Notes: generated by a model not told the origin, from the sequence alone. Shown: positions 1 through 10,023, numbered from the stretch's first letter. The stretch: 48,867 nt of DNA from Candidatus Micrarchaeota archaeon (GCA_030613375.1 JAUWMC010000003.1:1-48867), one strand, 5' to 3'. Made by a program: numbers and translations.

Positions 1-150
1 TGTCCTCAATTTCTCGAGGTTATCCCCGTCTATAGGGTAGATTGACTACGGGTTACTCAGCAGTCTGCCACCCCAGGAAGTCCTAGGGTTAGACTTGCAT
101 GGCTTAGTCGAACTCCGATAGCAGTACCCTCCAGCAGGATCAACTGGAGT
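1..150 (-). rRNA. rrs: 16S rRNA, 5' end (gene continues beyond window start)
   Basis: Reverse complement reads ACTCCAGTTGATCCTGCTGGAGGGTACTGCTATCGG...CTAAGCCATGCAAGTC...GAGTAAC...GGGATAACCTCGAGAAA, matching the archaeal 16S 5' domain (consensus ATTCCGGTTGATCCTGCCGGA...CTAAGCCATGC). Confidence 0.96.
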
Positions 151-330
151 TTGTTTTACATCCTAAACTTGTAGAGTACATTTCTTCTTAAGGAATCATG
201 CGAGGTTATTTGTAATTCGCATGTACTATCTTTTCTCTTGGCTCTTGAAGCATGAGTCGAACATGCGAGATGCATGCTCCTACCTAGTTGAAAAACAACA
301 TCGCGCATATTTCGGCGCAGAATAGGTGAA
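151..330 (-). other. rRNA precursor 5' leader with hairpins
   Basis: Non-coding region between the promoter and mature 16S. Contains the inverted repeat CATGCGA...TCGCATG (~197-223) and AGCATG...CATGCT (~249-278). Confidence 0.6.
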
Positions 331-350
331 CGCTATATTAGAAGGCTTCT

Positions 351-370
351 CTTTATAAAGGTTACTTCGC
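351..370 (-). promoter_or_regulatory. BRE/TATA promoter of rRNA transcript
   Basis: Minus strand GCGAAGTAAC-CTTTATAAAG: purine-rich BRE followed by a TTTATAAA box about 200 nt upstream of mature 16S. Confidence 0.6.
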
Positions 371-501
371 ACCGACGTGAATTTCTTAACTTTTCTCTCG
401 GGAGATTACTTTAAAAATCCTTGGTGGACAGTAATATCCTTAATTTACAATATTTAGTGACATTCAGATAAAAATTTGAGAATGTCCAAAAAAGTGAGCA
501 A

Positions 502-3500
502 ATGAAGTGGCGCAGAGTAACCGATATTCGGCCGGTTGGAAAACCAAATAATACACAGCCTTTAGCTGCAACTAGGATTAGAAGGGCAAAACTGAAAGCG
601 AAAAGATTTTTTTCAGGAGTTCTTGCTGCAGGAATTATTACTGCTGCCTTCGGTGCATCGGCGCAAGATATAAATACTACTAAGTCTACAAATTATAATA
701 GTGGTGAAGAAATGGCGAGGCGTGTTGTCAAATCTCAGGATAAAATCAATGAAAGAATAGATTCACTTATCAAAAATGCACAAGTGGAACTCAATGGGCT
801 TGGGCTCGCTACTGAGGAGAATTTATACCTGATTTCTAATCTTGGAAAATGCCTGAAAATAATGAACAAAGATAGCCACAGCCCAAGGGATGAGAAATTC
901 ATTGAAAGGCTCATGAACAAAGAGGAAATCCTAAAGGACACGCACGGGGAAGAATCTTATGATTATGTGATGGAAAAGCTGAGGGAACTGGTAAAGCCAT
1001 CTGTTGATGTTGATTCAGTTGAAAAAGAGTATGGAGTAGTTGGAGTAATGGCAGAAGTCCTCAGCAAGTATGAAAAAAGTGGTGGAAAGCCTGTATTTGA
1101 AAGTGGAACGCTGAATGATTCTGAGTATGGATTTTTGAGGGCATTGCTTGCGCAGGGAGTTCCTGCGGAAGAATATGCGCGGGGTGCGGCAGCAAAGCCT
1201 GCAGACCTTTCTGCTGTTCCGATGAAAGAGCTTGAGGGTCCGCCCAGCACCAAGAAAACAACAAATTACCCCTCTTTTATAGAGAAAATGGAGCTCATCA
1301 AACTGATTTCTGATTATAAGGAGAATCCAAATGACTGGGCACTCCAGAAGATGGTTTACAGAATTAATTACCTGAGAGATGAGAAATCAAAACTTGAGCA
1401 TGGGCAGGCAGATGCAGAGATTGCAGAGCTGAACAAGTGGATTGCAAGCCTTGGGATAGAAACCAAAGGAAAAAATGATGTGCAGAAAGCGCTCTTTGGA
1501 ATTGCAATGGTGCGCAACGGGATGGCAATGATCCATAATATGTACAACTCCGTGGCTCCGAATGACAAAACACTTACCAAGTACCTTACTGCAGTTTCGA
1601 AAAACAAGAACCTGTTTAATATTTACAAGAAATATCTTTCTGCTTTGGATGCAACTTCCGCAAACCTTTTTGAGGGAATCAAAACAAGAGATTCTGTATA
1701 TATCAATAAAGTGCAGAACAGGATTGATTCAAGATTAGGGCTTGCTGAAGTAAAGAGAGCACAGGCTCAGTGGTTTACTGATTATTTTCCAATGGTTTCC
1801 CCGCAGATGGAAGATATGAAAATGAGCCAGCTGGAAGCACAGATGTATGACAAAAGTTCAAACATGAGCCCGATTGCAGCACTTGCATTTTACAAGTATC
1901 TTGAAACGGTTTACAACAGCGGGCTGGATAGTATGGAAGAAAAAAGGCTTGTTGTGAGTACCGTTTCGAAACTTAATGCTGTAAGCCCGACACTTATTCC
2001 CAGATATTTCCAGGCAATACAAAACCTTGCGGAGATTTGCGAAGGGGATGCAGATGTGTTCAGAGATGCAATGACCGTTATTTCCACAAGAATAGACATG
2101 GAAACCAATCCCATTACTTCGAGGCTTTCACCTGCTTCACTTTTCCCTGAGGGGATGAATGTAAGAAGGGTTGTTACTAGGCTGGATAATGCACTTCAGG
2201 AGATTGCAAAAATAGAGAAGAGTGCGCTGAGCCAGTATGAAAGAATGGAGCTCATGGATGATAAAGTGTATATACACCGGGCTCCTCCGCACTCAATCGA
2301 ACAGAAGCCTCCGGGGTATGCCCCGCGACTCCTTACTCCCCTGGACAGAGGGAGGAGGTTTATCCCTCCATACTTTATGCCACATAGGATTCCGTTTCCC
2401 TCAACTGGCACTCCATATACTGCAGGTGGATTGAAAACTTCTCCTATGAGCTATGGGGGAGGGTTGACCATGCCGCAGTTCAGGCAGCTTTCAGTTCCTA
2501 CCTGGGCAACAGCGGTCGGGCAGGCATTTAAGAATTATGTTGAGCCGCAGCATCCGTTGGTTCCGATTAATGAGTATCTTCCAGGAGTGAATATTTCCTC
2601 ACTTAGCCATACAAGACTAATGATGGAGATAAACAAAGCATTTATCCCAACGGATATGCCACAATATGGAGGGCCGCTTATAGGGGGTGGAGGCTTTGCT
2701 GGAGTTGCGGGCAAAGAAAAGACGGTGGAAACTGAAGAAGGCCCTGAAAAGGAATGGGATGTTGGGGCTGCCACTGCAGGTGCGCTTATCACTCCTACGG
2801 GAGGCGTACTGTGGGGAGGAGGAATGGAAGAAGATCAGCGTGTGTTTGGAGGAATTGGAGCGCTTGCGGTACCGATTGGAAAGCTTCCGATTGCAAGCGG
2901 GGGAATGAGCGATGAGGAAAAGGTTTCAGGAATAGACAGCGCGCTTGCGGGGTATGAACAATCTCTTGCTGCGGATGATGAGAGCAAGGAACTTCTCATT
3001 AATACTATTGCAACCCACTGGAACCCAACAAACCCAAGCCAGAGCCTTGCTGTTGTGAACATGATTGAGAATGTAGAAGGAAAGCAGGTAATGACCGCTA
3101 GATACTACTACATACAAAAAGACGGGACAATTTTTGAGATTAAAGGAGGAAAAAATGATTTTGTTGATGCATTGAACTATGTTGCAGGTTTCGGGAACCA
3201 GGCATTTGATACTCCTACTACCTATGCGTGGAACGTTGAGCCTACAATAGATAGAGGGGGGGGTGCGATTGCATTTGACATTGAAAAAACAGCTTGGCTT
3301 GGGCATGTGCAGGCAGTTCCGTTCATAAAAGAAAAGGGAGCGGACCAGCCGCTTCTTTTGCAGTGGACTCCTGCGGAAGCAACAACTGTGAAGAAAATGG
3401 ATGCGGCCGGGAAAGTAAAGTCAACAGATATTCATGTTATTGCACTGCCCGGAAAAATGCTTACGATACAGAGGCCAGGAGAAGAAGGGAAGACATTTGA

Positions 3501-5307
3501 AGATAAGTACGTAATTCAGGATGTGGATTACACAATGAGAAGGGTAAAGGAAAAGAGTGCCTGGCAGCTTGATATGGGTGTGGGCCTTGGGGAATCTCAT
3601 ACTGGTGAAACCTCCGAACGAGAAGCTGAGGAAACAATGTTCGGAAAGGGAGGGTTCTTCATAAAAAGCCAAAGTAGAGAAACCAAGTTTGACCGCAGGG
3701 GAGGAGGATTGTTCTATGAAGCAGGCTCTTCAAATATGGAAGCTATGGCACTGATGAGCGAATCAGAATCTGTGCAGCAATATATACACAGCCTGCATAG
3801 GATTGGCGGTACGCTTTACGGTGCAAAGCACAGCGAAAAGAAAGATGGGCTTGTGATGGGGGGATTGATCCATGTGGTTGAACAACTCCAGAAAACAAGC
3901 GAGCAGGAAGGGCAAGCAGGGGAGATGGGACACAACCAGGTATTCTGGAGAACGGTTGGATTTTTGAAGAGCCTTGAAAGCGGAAGCGGTGCAAGGTTGG
4001 ACGTAAGCAGAATTTCCGGACTTGACCAGATGATGGCGGATTATGAAGAGCTACGCAGAGACGTTGGAAACAACCCAATGCAAGCTGGAGAACTTACATC
4101 CGATTTCTACGAGAAATATGAACAATCAATAGAGAAGGTATGGAACTACTACAACCTGGGAATCCAAGTAAACAATGACTGGTCACTTGACGTGGTGCTT
4201 GTTACTATTGAGGAAAAGGAAAAATGGTGGGAGCAAGACCTCAACATGGTGCAGGGAAGAACTCTTGTAGATTGGGAAAGCGGATTTTGGAGAGCATACG
4301 CATCCGTTCCCATATGGGGACCATACGGAACCCAAGGAGGTGAAGCAAAGGGCATTGTAGGCACTGGAGTAGGGCAAGAACTATTCAATGGTTTCTGGTT
4401 CCAAAGGGCTGCAGTTGATGCTGGAGTCTTGCTTGTAAAAACAGTTGTGAGCGAAACTGTTGAGGCAGAAGGAGAAAAATGGGCATGGAAAGATCCTGGT
4501 ATGTTTGTGGAGGGAGCTGTGCGAGTTTTCTCAAATATTCTTGAGGATGCAAATGATTACAGAAGGCTCATGACTGAGTACAATGAATACGTGAGCCAGA
4601 TAAGGAGAGGAAACTTCTCAGGGATTCCTCCAGAAATACGGAACACGATTTGCGATGCGCTAGATACTGATGTTATTCCTGAACAGCTTGTAGATGAAAT
4701 ACGTGCCGGGGAGAACCACATAATAATGGAAAGTGTTCAGAAAGCTGCTGTGGAAGATGAACTTTGGAGCGAATGGTTCTACGACAGGAAATCCACAATA
4801 CAGGAAGACTTTGATGGGCATGTGAGATGGTACCTAGGTACAAGTGGATATTTCTATGCGGACAAAACAAGGTGGGACATAGCTACCTTTGTAGAACATG
4901 TAAGCGGATTCAAGATATATGCAGCGGTTACCAAAACAGAAGGGGAGATGATGACTGTGGAGGGTCCGGTACAGAAGGAAGAACTCGGGGCTTACACTGG
5001 TGCGGAGTTTGAGACTAAAGACTGGAGACTTGGGGTGATGGGAAACATTACGGATAATGTGGACCTCGGAGCAGCAGTTTCCCTTGAGTACAAATTCGGT
5101 CCAGAGGAATACGGATACTTCAGGGTAGGACTGTATGGATTTGTGCACAGCGAAACAATTCCGCAATACACTGCGCCCATGTATACGCCAAGTATACGCA
5201 CTGCGATACCTGAGTTCGGAGCAGGGATGTACTTCCAAATTGGAGAAGGATCATACATGCCTTATCCAATGAGCACGCCTACGGGAGAAACCCCAATAGG
5301 CCCATAG
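502..5307 (+). CDS. Giant secreted/surface hypothetical protein; helical N-half, Pro-rich linker, beta-strand-rich (beta-barrel-like) C-half
   Basis: 1601-aa ORF with a basic N-region, hydrophobic h-region (FFSGVLAAGIITAAFG) and ASA-Q cleavage-like motif. The C-half has many Gly/aromatic strands with alternating polarity. Confidence 0.85.
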   Translation: MKWRRVTDIRPVGKPNNTQPLAATRIRRAKLKAKRFFSGVLAAGIITAAFGASAQDINTTKSTNYNSGEEMARRVVKSQDKINERIDSLIKNAQVELNGLGLATEENLYLISNLGKCLKIMNKDSHSPRDEKFIERLMNKEEILKDTHGEESYDYVMEKLRELVKPSVDVDSVEKEYGVVGVMAEVLSKYEKSGGKPVFESGTLNDSEYGFLRALLAQGVPAEEYARGAAAKPADLSAVPMKELEGPPSTKKTTNYPSFIEKMELIKLISDYKENPNDWALQKMVYRINYLRDEKSKLEHGQADAEIAELNKWIASLGIETKGKNDVQKALFGIAMVRNGMAMIHNMYNSVAPNDKTLTKYLTAVSKNKNLFNIYKKYLSALDATSANLFEGIKTRDSVYINKVQNRIDSRLGLAEVKRAQAQWFTDYFPMVSPQMEDMKMSQLEAQMYDKSSNMSPIAALAFYKYLETVYNSGLDSMEEKRLVVSTVSKLNAVSPTLIPRYFQAIQNLAEICEGDADVFRDAMTVISTRIDMETNPITSRLSPASLFPEGMNVRRVVTRLDNALQEIAKIEKSALSQYERMELMDDKVYIHRAPPHSIEQKPPGYAPRLLTPLDRGRRFIPPYFMPHRIPFPSTGTPYTAGGLKTSPMSYGGGLTMPQFRQLSVPTWATAVGQAFKNYVEPQHPLVPINEYLPGVNISSLSHTRLMMEINKAFIPTDMPQYGGPLIGGGGFAGVAGKEKTVETEEGPEKEWDVGAATAGALITPTGGVLWGGGMEEDQRVFGGIGALAVPIGKLPIASGGMSDEEKVSGIDSALAGYEQSLAADDESKELLINTIATHWNPTNPSQSLAVVNMIENVEGKQVMTARYYYIQKDGTIFEIKGGKNDFVDALNYVAGFGNQAFDTPTTYAWNVEPTIDRGGGAIAFDIEKTAWLGHVQAVPFIKEKGADQPLLLQWTPAEATTVKKMDAAGKVKSTDIHVIALPGKMLTIQRPGEEGKTFEDKYVIQDVDYTMRRVKEKSAWQLDMGVGLGESHTGETSEREAEETMFGKGGFFIKSQSRETKFDRRGGGLFYEAGSSNMEAMALMSESESVQQYIHSLHRIGGTLYGAKHSEKKDGLVMGGLIHVVEQLQKTSEQEGQAGEMGHNQVFWRTVGFLKSLESGSGARLDVSRISGLDQMMADYEELRRDVGNNPMQAGELTSDFYEKYEQSIEKVWNYYNLGIQVNNDWSLDVVLVTIEEKEKWWEQDLNMVQGRTLVDWESGFWRAYASVPIWGPYGTQGGEAKGIVGTGVGQELFNGFWFQRAAVDAGVLLVKTVVSETVEAEGEKWAWKDPGMFVEGAVRVFSNILEDANDYRRLMTEYNEYVSQIRRGNFSGIPPEIRNTICDALDTDVIPEQLVDEIRAGENHIIMESVQKAAVEDELWSEWFYDRKSTIQEDFDGHVRWYLGTSGYFYADKTRWDIATFVEHVSGFKIYAAVTKTEGEMMTVEGPVQKEELGAYTGAEFETKDWRLGVMGNITDNVDLGAAVSLEYKFGPEEYGYFRVGLYGFVHSETIPQYTAPMYTPSIRTAIPEFGAGMYFQIGEGSYMPYPMSTPTGETPIGP

Positions 5308-5354
5308 GAAAAACATTAAAAATGAGCATGTGATGATATGCTGAGGTTGAGATT

Positions 5355-5744
5355 ATGAAGCTCGAATATGTTGAATTTTATGCAGGGGATGTAAGAAGAA
5401 ATAGTCCTAAGGCTCCGGAATCATTCAAAACAAATATTTCCATTACTGAAGCCCAGGCAAAGGGAGATACGCTGAATTTGACCTTTGATTATACTGTAGG
5501 GTATGCACCAGGTAATAGTGGGTTGCACTTAACCGGAAAGGCTGCGTTTATTGGAAAGGATGCAGAAAATGCCCGGAAAGAGTGGGTAAAGAGCAAGACC
5601 ATTACGGGTGCATCCGGAGAATATATAGTAAATACTATTTACTATCACTCTTCTTTGCAGGCAATCCAGATTGCAAGGCTTTTTGGGCTTACTGCACCCG
5701 TGGTTTTCCCGCAGATGAAATTTGCAGGCAAAAAGAAAAAGTAG
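5355..5744 (+). CDS. Conserved archaeal hypothetical protein, possible SecB-like fold
   Basis: 129 aa with GAGG SD upstream. Four predicted beta-strands, then a helix and a C-terminal (L/T)xxPxxxP pattern (GLTAPVVFP) reminiscent of SecB-like proteins; fold is inference. Confidence 0.6.
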   Translation: MKLEYVEFYAGDVRRNSPKAPESFKTNISITEAQAKGDTLNLTFDYTVGYAPGNSGLHLTGKAAFIGKDAENARKEWVKSKTITGASGEYIVNTIYYHSSLQAIQIARLFGLTAPVVFPQMKFAGKKKK

Positions 5745-5826
5745 ACAAAATCCTTCACTAATCATGCAAAAATGCAGGCTTCTTTGGTTCAGAAGGATTA
5801 TTTAAGTTTTTCTGATATATGGGGTT

Positions 5827-6408
5827 ATGGAGGATAGGCTTGCAACTGTGATCATAGTTCTTTTTGTAGCATCATTGCTAATAGTGGCAGGCATGGGATT
5901 CTACGAGGAAGATGTGCAGATTGATGATGCTACTGATTATGTACTTGAGGATTTGGTGGGGAAATATCCGAATGCGGATGTTGCTGAATTAATGGATTGG
6001 GAAACGCTCCAAAATGAAGAGGGGGAGGATTATTTGAGGATTCGCGCCCGGGTTACTGAGGGGATTTATACTCCATGTCCTGTAAGGGTACATTATTTCT
6101 ACTATTATCCAGTACAGAACTTTGTAACAGACCCTCCTGAGTATATTACTACATCTTCATGCACCGTATGCGAAGGACAAGGATGCGTAATCGGGTTTGA
6201 GGAGGAAGCGATAATTGCTTCCCATATGAATTCAGGAACCCAGAGTGTACACAATTATGTAATGACTTATGATGATGTGGTTCCTGTAGTTTACAGGGAT
6301 GATGCAGGCTGGAAAGTGAAGTGGGATTCCCCTTCTGCCAGGTTTGGATACTTTGTTGAGATTGCAAGAAATGGGGAAATAACCAAAGTAGATACTGTAT
6401 ATTACTGA
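5827..6408 (+). CDS. N-terminally membrane-anchored acidic extracellular protein with 4 Cys
   Basis: N-terminal TM helix (LATVIIVLFVASLLIVAGMGF), then an acidic domain with CP..C..C..C; AT-rich box about 30 nt upstream. Confidence 0.7.
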   Translation: MEDRLATVIIVLFVASLLIVAGMGFYEEDVQIDDATDYVLEDLVGKYPNADVAELMDWETLQNEEGEDYLRIRARVTEGIYTPCPVRVHYFYYYPVQNFVTDPPEYITTSSCTVCEGQGCVIGFEEEAIIASHMNSGTQSVHNYVMTYDDVVPVVYRDDAGWKVKWDSPSARFGYFVEIARNGEITKVDTVYY

Positions 6409-8168
6409 ATCGAGTCTTTTGAAGAATAATAGTATTCGTTCTTTTCCCTTTGTTCTCTGTCTAGTACGCTGTGTGGCTTGTTTATTCTTGGTCTTTTGGA
6501 ATCCTTATCCCTTCTCATAGTTATTCCGGCCATTTTCAGGAAAGAGTTCATCCCTTCCATCTTGCTTAATGGAGTAGATGCGTGGCCGTGCACAGAGCTT
6601 TCCCCTTCGAATACCATTAATCTATGCGCAATTGAATCTACAAATACCACATCGTGATCTACAACGAATGCGCATTTTTCAGTTTCTGCAATAGTTCTGC
6701 GAAGTAAATCTGAGAATCTCAATCTTTGCTCCACATCCAAAAATGCGGTGGGCTCATCAAATAGATAAATATCCGCTTTTTGGGAAAGTGCCTGTGCAAT
6801 TGAAACCCTTTGAAGCTCTCCACCTGAAAGCTGGTCCAGATCCTTTTCCATGAGTTTCATTAAGCCGAGTTCTCTTTTTGCGTTTTCTGCGATTTGTTTG
6901 TTTATGTTGCTTCCCAAAAATAATTGGAATACTGTAACATCTTTTTGGGGCTTTATGTACTGGGGTTTATAGGAAACCTTGAATTTCGCGGGCTCGCCTT
7001 CATCTGGTTTTTCTACACCTGCAAGCATCTTTACAAAAATGGATTTTCCTAAAGCGTTTTTTCCTACAATTCCTACTATTTCTCCTTGTCGGATGTCTCC
7101 TTTATCCGAAGAGAATTTGAAGCCTGTGAATGATTTTTTCATTGGGGAATATGAGAACCTTGTTTGGGTGTGGGTTTCTCTTTCACTGTACTGGCTAAAG
7201 GCAATTTCCCTGTCGCGGAATCGTATGTTTTCCTCCCTGAGGAAACCTGCAAGATATTCGTTTATTCCTGCTCTTGTGCTTTTTACCCCTGAAGAGACAC
7301 CATATGCGTTTTCTTCCCCATAGAAGATGTAAACATAATCACTCATGTAGTCTAAAATTGCGAGATCGTGCTCAACAACCACCATTTTTCTTCCTTCTGC
7401 AAAGTCTTTCAGGATTAATGAGGTGCGAAGCCTTTCTTCAATATCCAAATAATTACAGGGCTCATCCAGATAATAGATGTCTGCATCTTTTAGGTAAGAA
7501 GCTGCAATGGAAACTCTCTGGAGCTCTCCTCCTGAAAGCTGGGGGATTTTCCTTTTGAGTATTTTTTTAAGGTTGAATTTTTCCACTGTATCTGCATATG
7601 CATTTCTTTCATCCATTTTCTTGAGAAGCTTTTCTACTGTTCCCTTGAATGCATCCCTAAGTTTGTCCACCATCTGGGGTTTATAAGAAACTTCCAGGGT
7701 GGATTCGGTTTCTGATTCAAAATATCTTCTTGTTGCAATAGGAAGGCGCTCAAGGATTTGAGCATCTGTGAATTTTTTGGCATGGTCTCCAAAATTGGGT
7801 TTGATTTTTTTGGAGAGGAGATTGAGTGCAGTGGTTTTTCCGATTCCATTCCTTCCAACTATCCCACAAAGGCCTTCAGTTGGAAGCGGAAGGTTGTAAA
7901 GTCTAAATGAGTTTACTCCATATTGGTAAAGTGGGTCTCCGGATTCCCCTGCGAGATTAATGATTGTAATTGCATCCATAGGGCATTTTTTTACGCAAAG
8001 CCCACATCCTATACAGAGAAACTCGTTTATCTTTGGAAACTGGGTGTCTTCTTCAGTTACGATACACTCTTCGCCCATTCTATTCACTGGACATACCTTC
8101 TCACATTGGTAACCGCATTTTTTGCGGGTGCATAAATCCCTGTCTAGGATTGCAATTCTTGGGCTCAT
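6402..8168 (-). CDS. rli1: Ribosome recycling ATPase ABCE1/Rli1
   Basis: N-terminal FeS domain (CTRKKCGYQCEKVCP, CIGCGLCVKKCP) and two ABC domains (GRNGIGKT, LSGGELQR twice, GKNALGKS). Start placed at ATG 8168; GTG 8177 is an alternative. Confidence 0.96.
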   Translation of the reverse strand: MSPRIAILDRDLCTRKKCGYQCEKVCPVNRMGEECIVTEEDTQFPKINEFLCIGCGLCVKKCPMDAITIINLAGESGDPLYQYGVNSFRLYNLPLPTEGLCGIVGRNGIGKTTALNLLSKKIKPNFGDHAKKFTDAQILERLPIATRRYFESETESTLEVSYKPQMVDKLRDAFKGTVEKLLKKMDERNAYADTVEKFNLKKILKRKIPQLSGGELQRVSIAASYLKDADIYYLDEPCNYLDIEERLRTSLILKDFAEGRKMVVVEHDLAILDYMSDYVYIFYGEENAYGVSSGVKSTRAGINEYLAGFLREENIRFRDREIAFSQYSERETHTQTRFSYSPMKKSFTGFKFSSDKGDIRQGEIVGIVGKNALGKSIFVKMLAGVEKPDEGEPAKFKVSYKPQYIKPQKDVTVFQLFLGSNINKQIAENAKRELGLMKLMEKDLDQLSGGELQRVSIAQALSQKADIYLFDEPTAFLDVEQRLRFSDLLRRTIAETEKCAFVVDHDVVFVDSIAHRLMVFEGESSVHGHASTPLSKMEGMNSFLKMAGITMRRDKDSKRPRINKPHSVLDREQREKNEYYYSSKDSIQ

Positions 8169-8265
8169 TCTAATCACGAGATTAGTATAGTTGACTTTGG
8201 GATATGTTAAAAAGCTTATCCGTAGAGTTTCACTTCAAGTGCACTAAGTGGGAAAGGTGAAGACT

Positions 8266-8601
8266 ATGACAGAAGAAACAGCTGAAAAAACTGAAACAGC
8301 AATTGAAAAACCAGAAGCAACTACAGAAAAAAAAGACGAAAACACTGTTTTCGTTGGAAAGAAAGGCGTGATGGGCTATGTACTTGCAGTAGTTACCCAG
8401 TTCAACAATGGAGCTGATTCAGTGGTACTAAAAGCAAGGGGAAAGCTTATCTCCAGAGCAGTGGATGTTGCGGAAATCGTGAGGAACCGTTTCCTCATGG
8501 ACGTGCAGGTCAAAGACATCCTCATAAAGACCGAAGAACTTGCTTCTGAAGACGGAAGCATGAGTAAAGTATCCGCAATCGAGATTAGCCTTACAAAATA
8601 G
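8266..8601 (+). CDS. albA: DNA/RNA-binding protein Alba
   Basis: [30 protein letters not shown] and SKVSAIEI motifs; GGTGA SD before ATG 8266; acidic N-terminal extension. Confidence 0.95.
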   Translation: MTEETAEKTETAIEKPEATTEKKDENTVFVGKKGVMGYVLAVVTQFNNGADSVVLKARGKLISRAVDVAEIVRNRFLMDVQVKDILIKTEELASEDGSMSKVSAIEISLTK

Positions 8602-8692
8602 ATCGGGGGTTTCTAACCCTCTTCTATCTTCTTTTCCAGTTTCCGCTAACATTAATAATGACTATTAATCAATATGAGCAAAAGTGGTATTT

Positions 8693-9982
8693 ATGATGAG
8701 GACAGATTATGTTGATTCTGCAAAAAAGAAAGTTGGGGAAGAAGTTACCGTTTCCGGATGGGTGCACGAAATTCGGGACATTGGAAAGCTTATCTTCATT
8801 CAACTTAGGGATAAAACAGGGATTATGCAGATTATTGCAAAAAAGGGCGTAGTTTCCGATGAAGTTCTCGAGAATATGAAGAGGAATAAAGAAGATGTTA
8901 TTTCTATTACTGGAAAAGTTGTGGAGAACAAAGTTGCACCAGGAGGGGTAGAATTAGTTCCTTCGGAAGTTAAAGTGCTTAGCCTTGTTGAGAAAAAACT
9001 TCCTATAGATCCTACTGGGGTTGTGGAATCAGATTTGGATACACGATTGAACTTTAGATATCTGGATTTGAGGAAGCCTACTGTTTCTGCAATCTTCAAG
9101 GTTAAAGCTGCAATTATTGGAGAGTTCAGGAGAAAAACTGTTGAGATGGGATTTCAGGAAGTGCACCCTACGCATATTGTAGCTGCAGCTACGGAAGGGG
9201 GAACAGAAGTATTCCCTGTACAGTATTTTGAGCAGAAAGCATTTCTGGCACAGTCTCCTCAATTGTACAAGCAGCTCGCGGTTGTTGGGGGAATAGACAA
9301 GGTTATGATTACTTCCCCAGTTTGGAGGGCGGAAAAGCATCACACAACTACTCATTTGAACGAAGTAATCCAAATGGATATAGAGATGGGCTTTGCGGAT
9401 GATAATGATGCAATGGACGTACTTTCGGAAGTTACCCTTTCGATTTTGAAGAAAGCTGCGGAAATGAAGGAGGAACTTGAGCTCCTTAAAGCGGAAGTAA
9501 AAGTTCCGGATAAGGTTCCGAGATATACTTATACTGAAATTGTAGATAAATTGAACTCTGAGGGTGAATCCCTAGAGTGGGGAGATGATTTCTCCAAAGA
9601 GCAGGAAAAAAAAATCTACGGGATTCTTGAAGAGGAATTGTTTATCATAAATGACTGGCCTACAATGAGCCGCGCATTCTACTCTATGCCACGGGAAGAT
9701 AAACCTGAAGTTTGCAAGGCATTTGATTTGCTTTACAAAGGGCTTGAGATTTCGAGTGGTGCTCAGCGTATCCACATTCCAGAATTGCTTGAGGAGCAAC
9801 TTAGAAAGCGTGATTTGGACCCTGCAAAATTCCAGTTCTATGTAGATGCATTTAGGGTTGGTGCACCTCCGCACGCAGGGTGGAGCATCGGGCTTGAGAG
9901 GATTACTATGAAGGCTACGGATATGCCCAATATTAGGGAATGTATGATGTTCCCAAGGGACCGGACAAGGGTTCATCCGTAG
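8693..9982 (+). CDS. aspS: Aspartyl-tRNA synthetase, archaeal, likely non-discriminating (Asp/Asn)
   Basis: OB-fold GWVHEIRD, QSPQLYKQ, WRAE and GAPPHAGWSIGLER. His in WVHE and Pro in APGG are the residues associated with ND-AspRS. Confidence 0.95.
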   Translation: MMRTDYVDSAKKKVGEEVTVSGWVHEIRDIGKLIFIQLRDKTGIMQIIAKKGVVSDEVLENMKRNKEDVISITGKVVENKVAPGGVELVPSEVKVLSLVEKKLPIDPTGVVESDLDTRLNFRYLDLRKPTVSAIFKVKAAIIGEFRRKTVEMGFQEVHPTHIVAAATEGGTEVFPVQYFEQKAFLAQSPQLYKQLAVVGGIDKVMITSPVWRAEKHHTTTHLNEVIQMDIEMGFADDNDAMDVLSEVTLSILKKAAEMKEELELLKAEVKVPDKVPRYTYTEIVDKLNSEGESLEWGDDFSKEQEKKIYGILEEELFIINDWPTMSRAFYSMPREDKPEVCKAFDLLYKGLEISSGAQRIHIPELLEEQLRKRDLDPAKFQFYVDAFRVGAPPHAGWSIGLERITMKATDMPNIRECMMFPRDRTRVHP

Positions 9983-10023
9983 GACTGTGGGCTTTAAAAT
10001 AGTTTTGTGGGTAAAATAAAACT

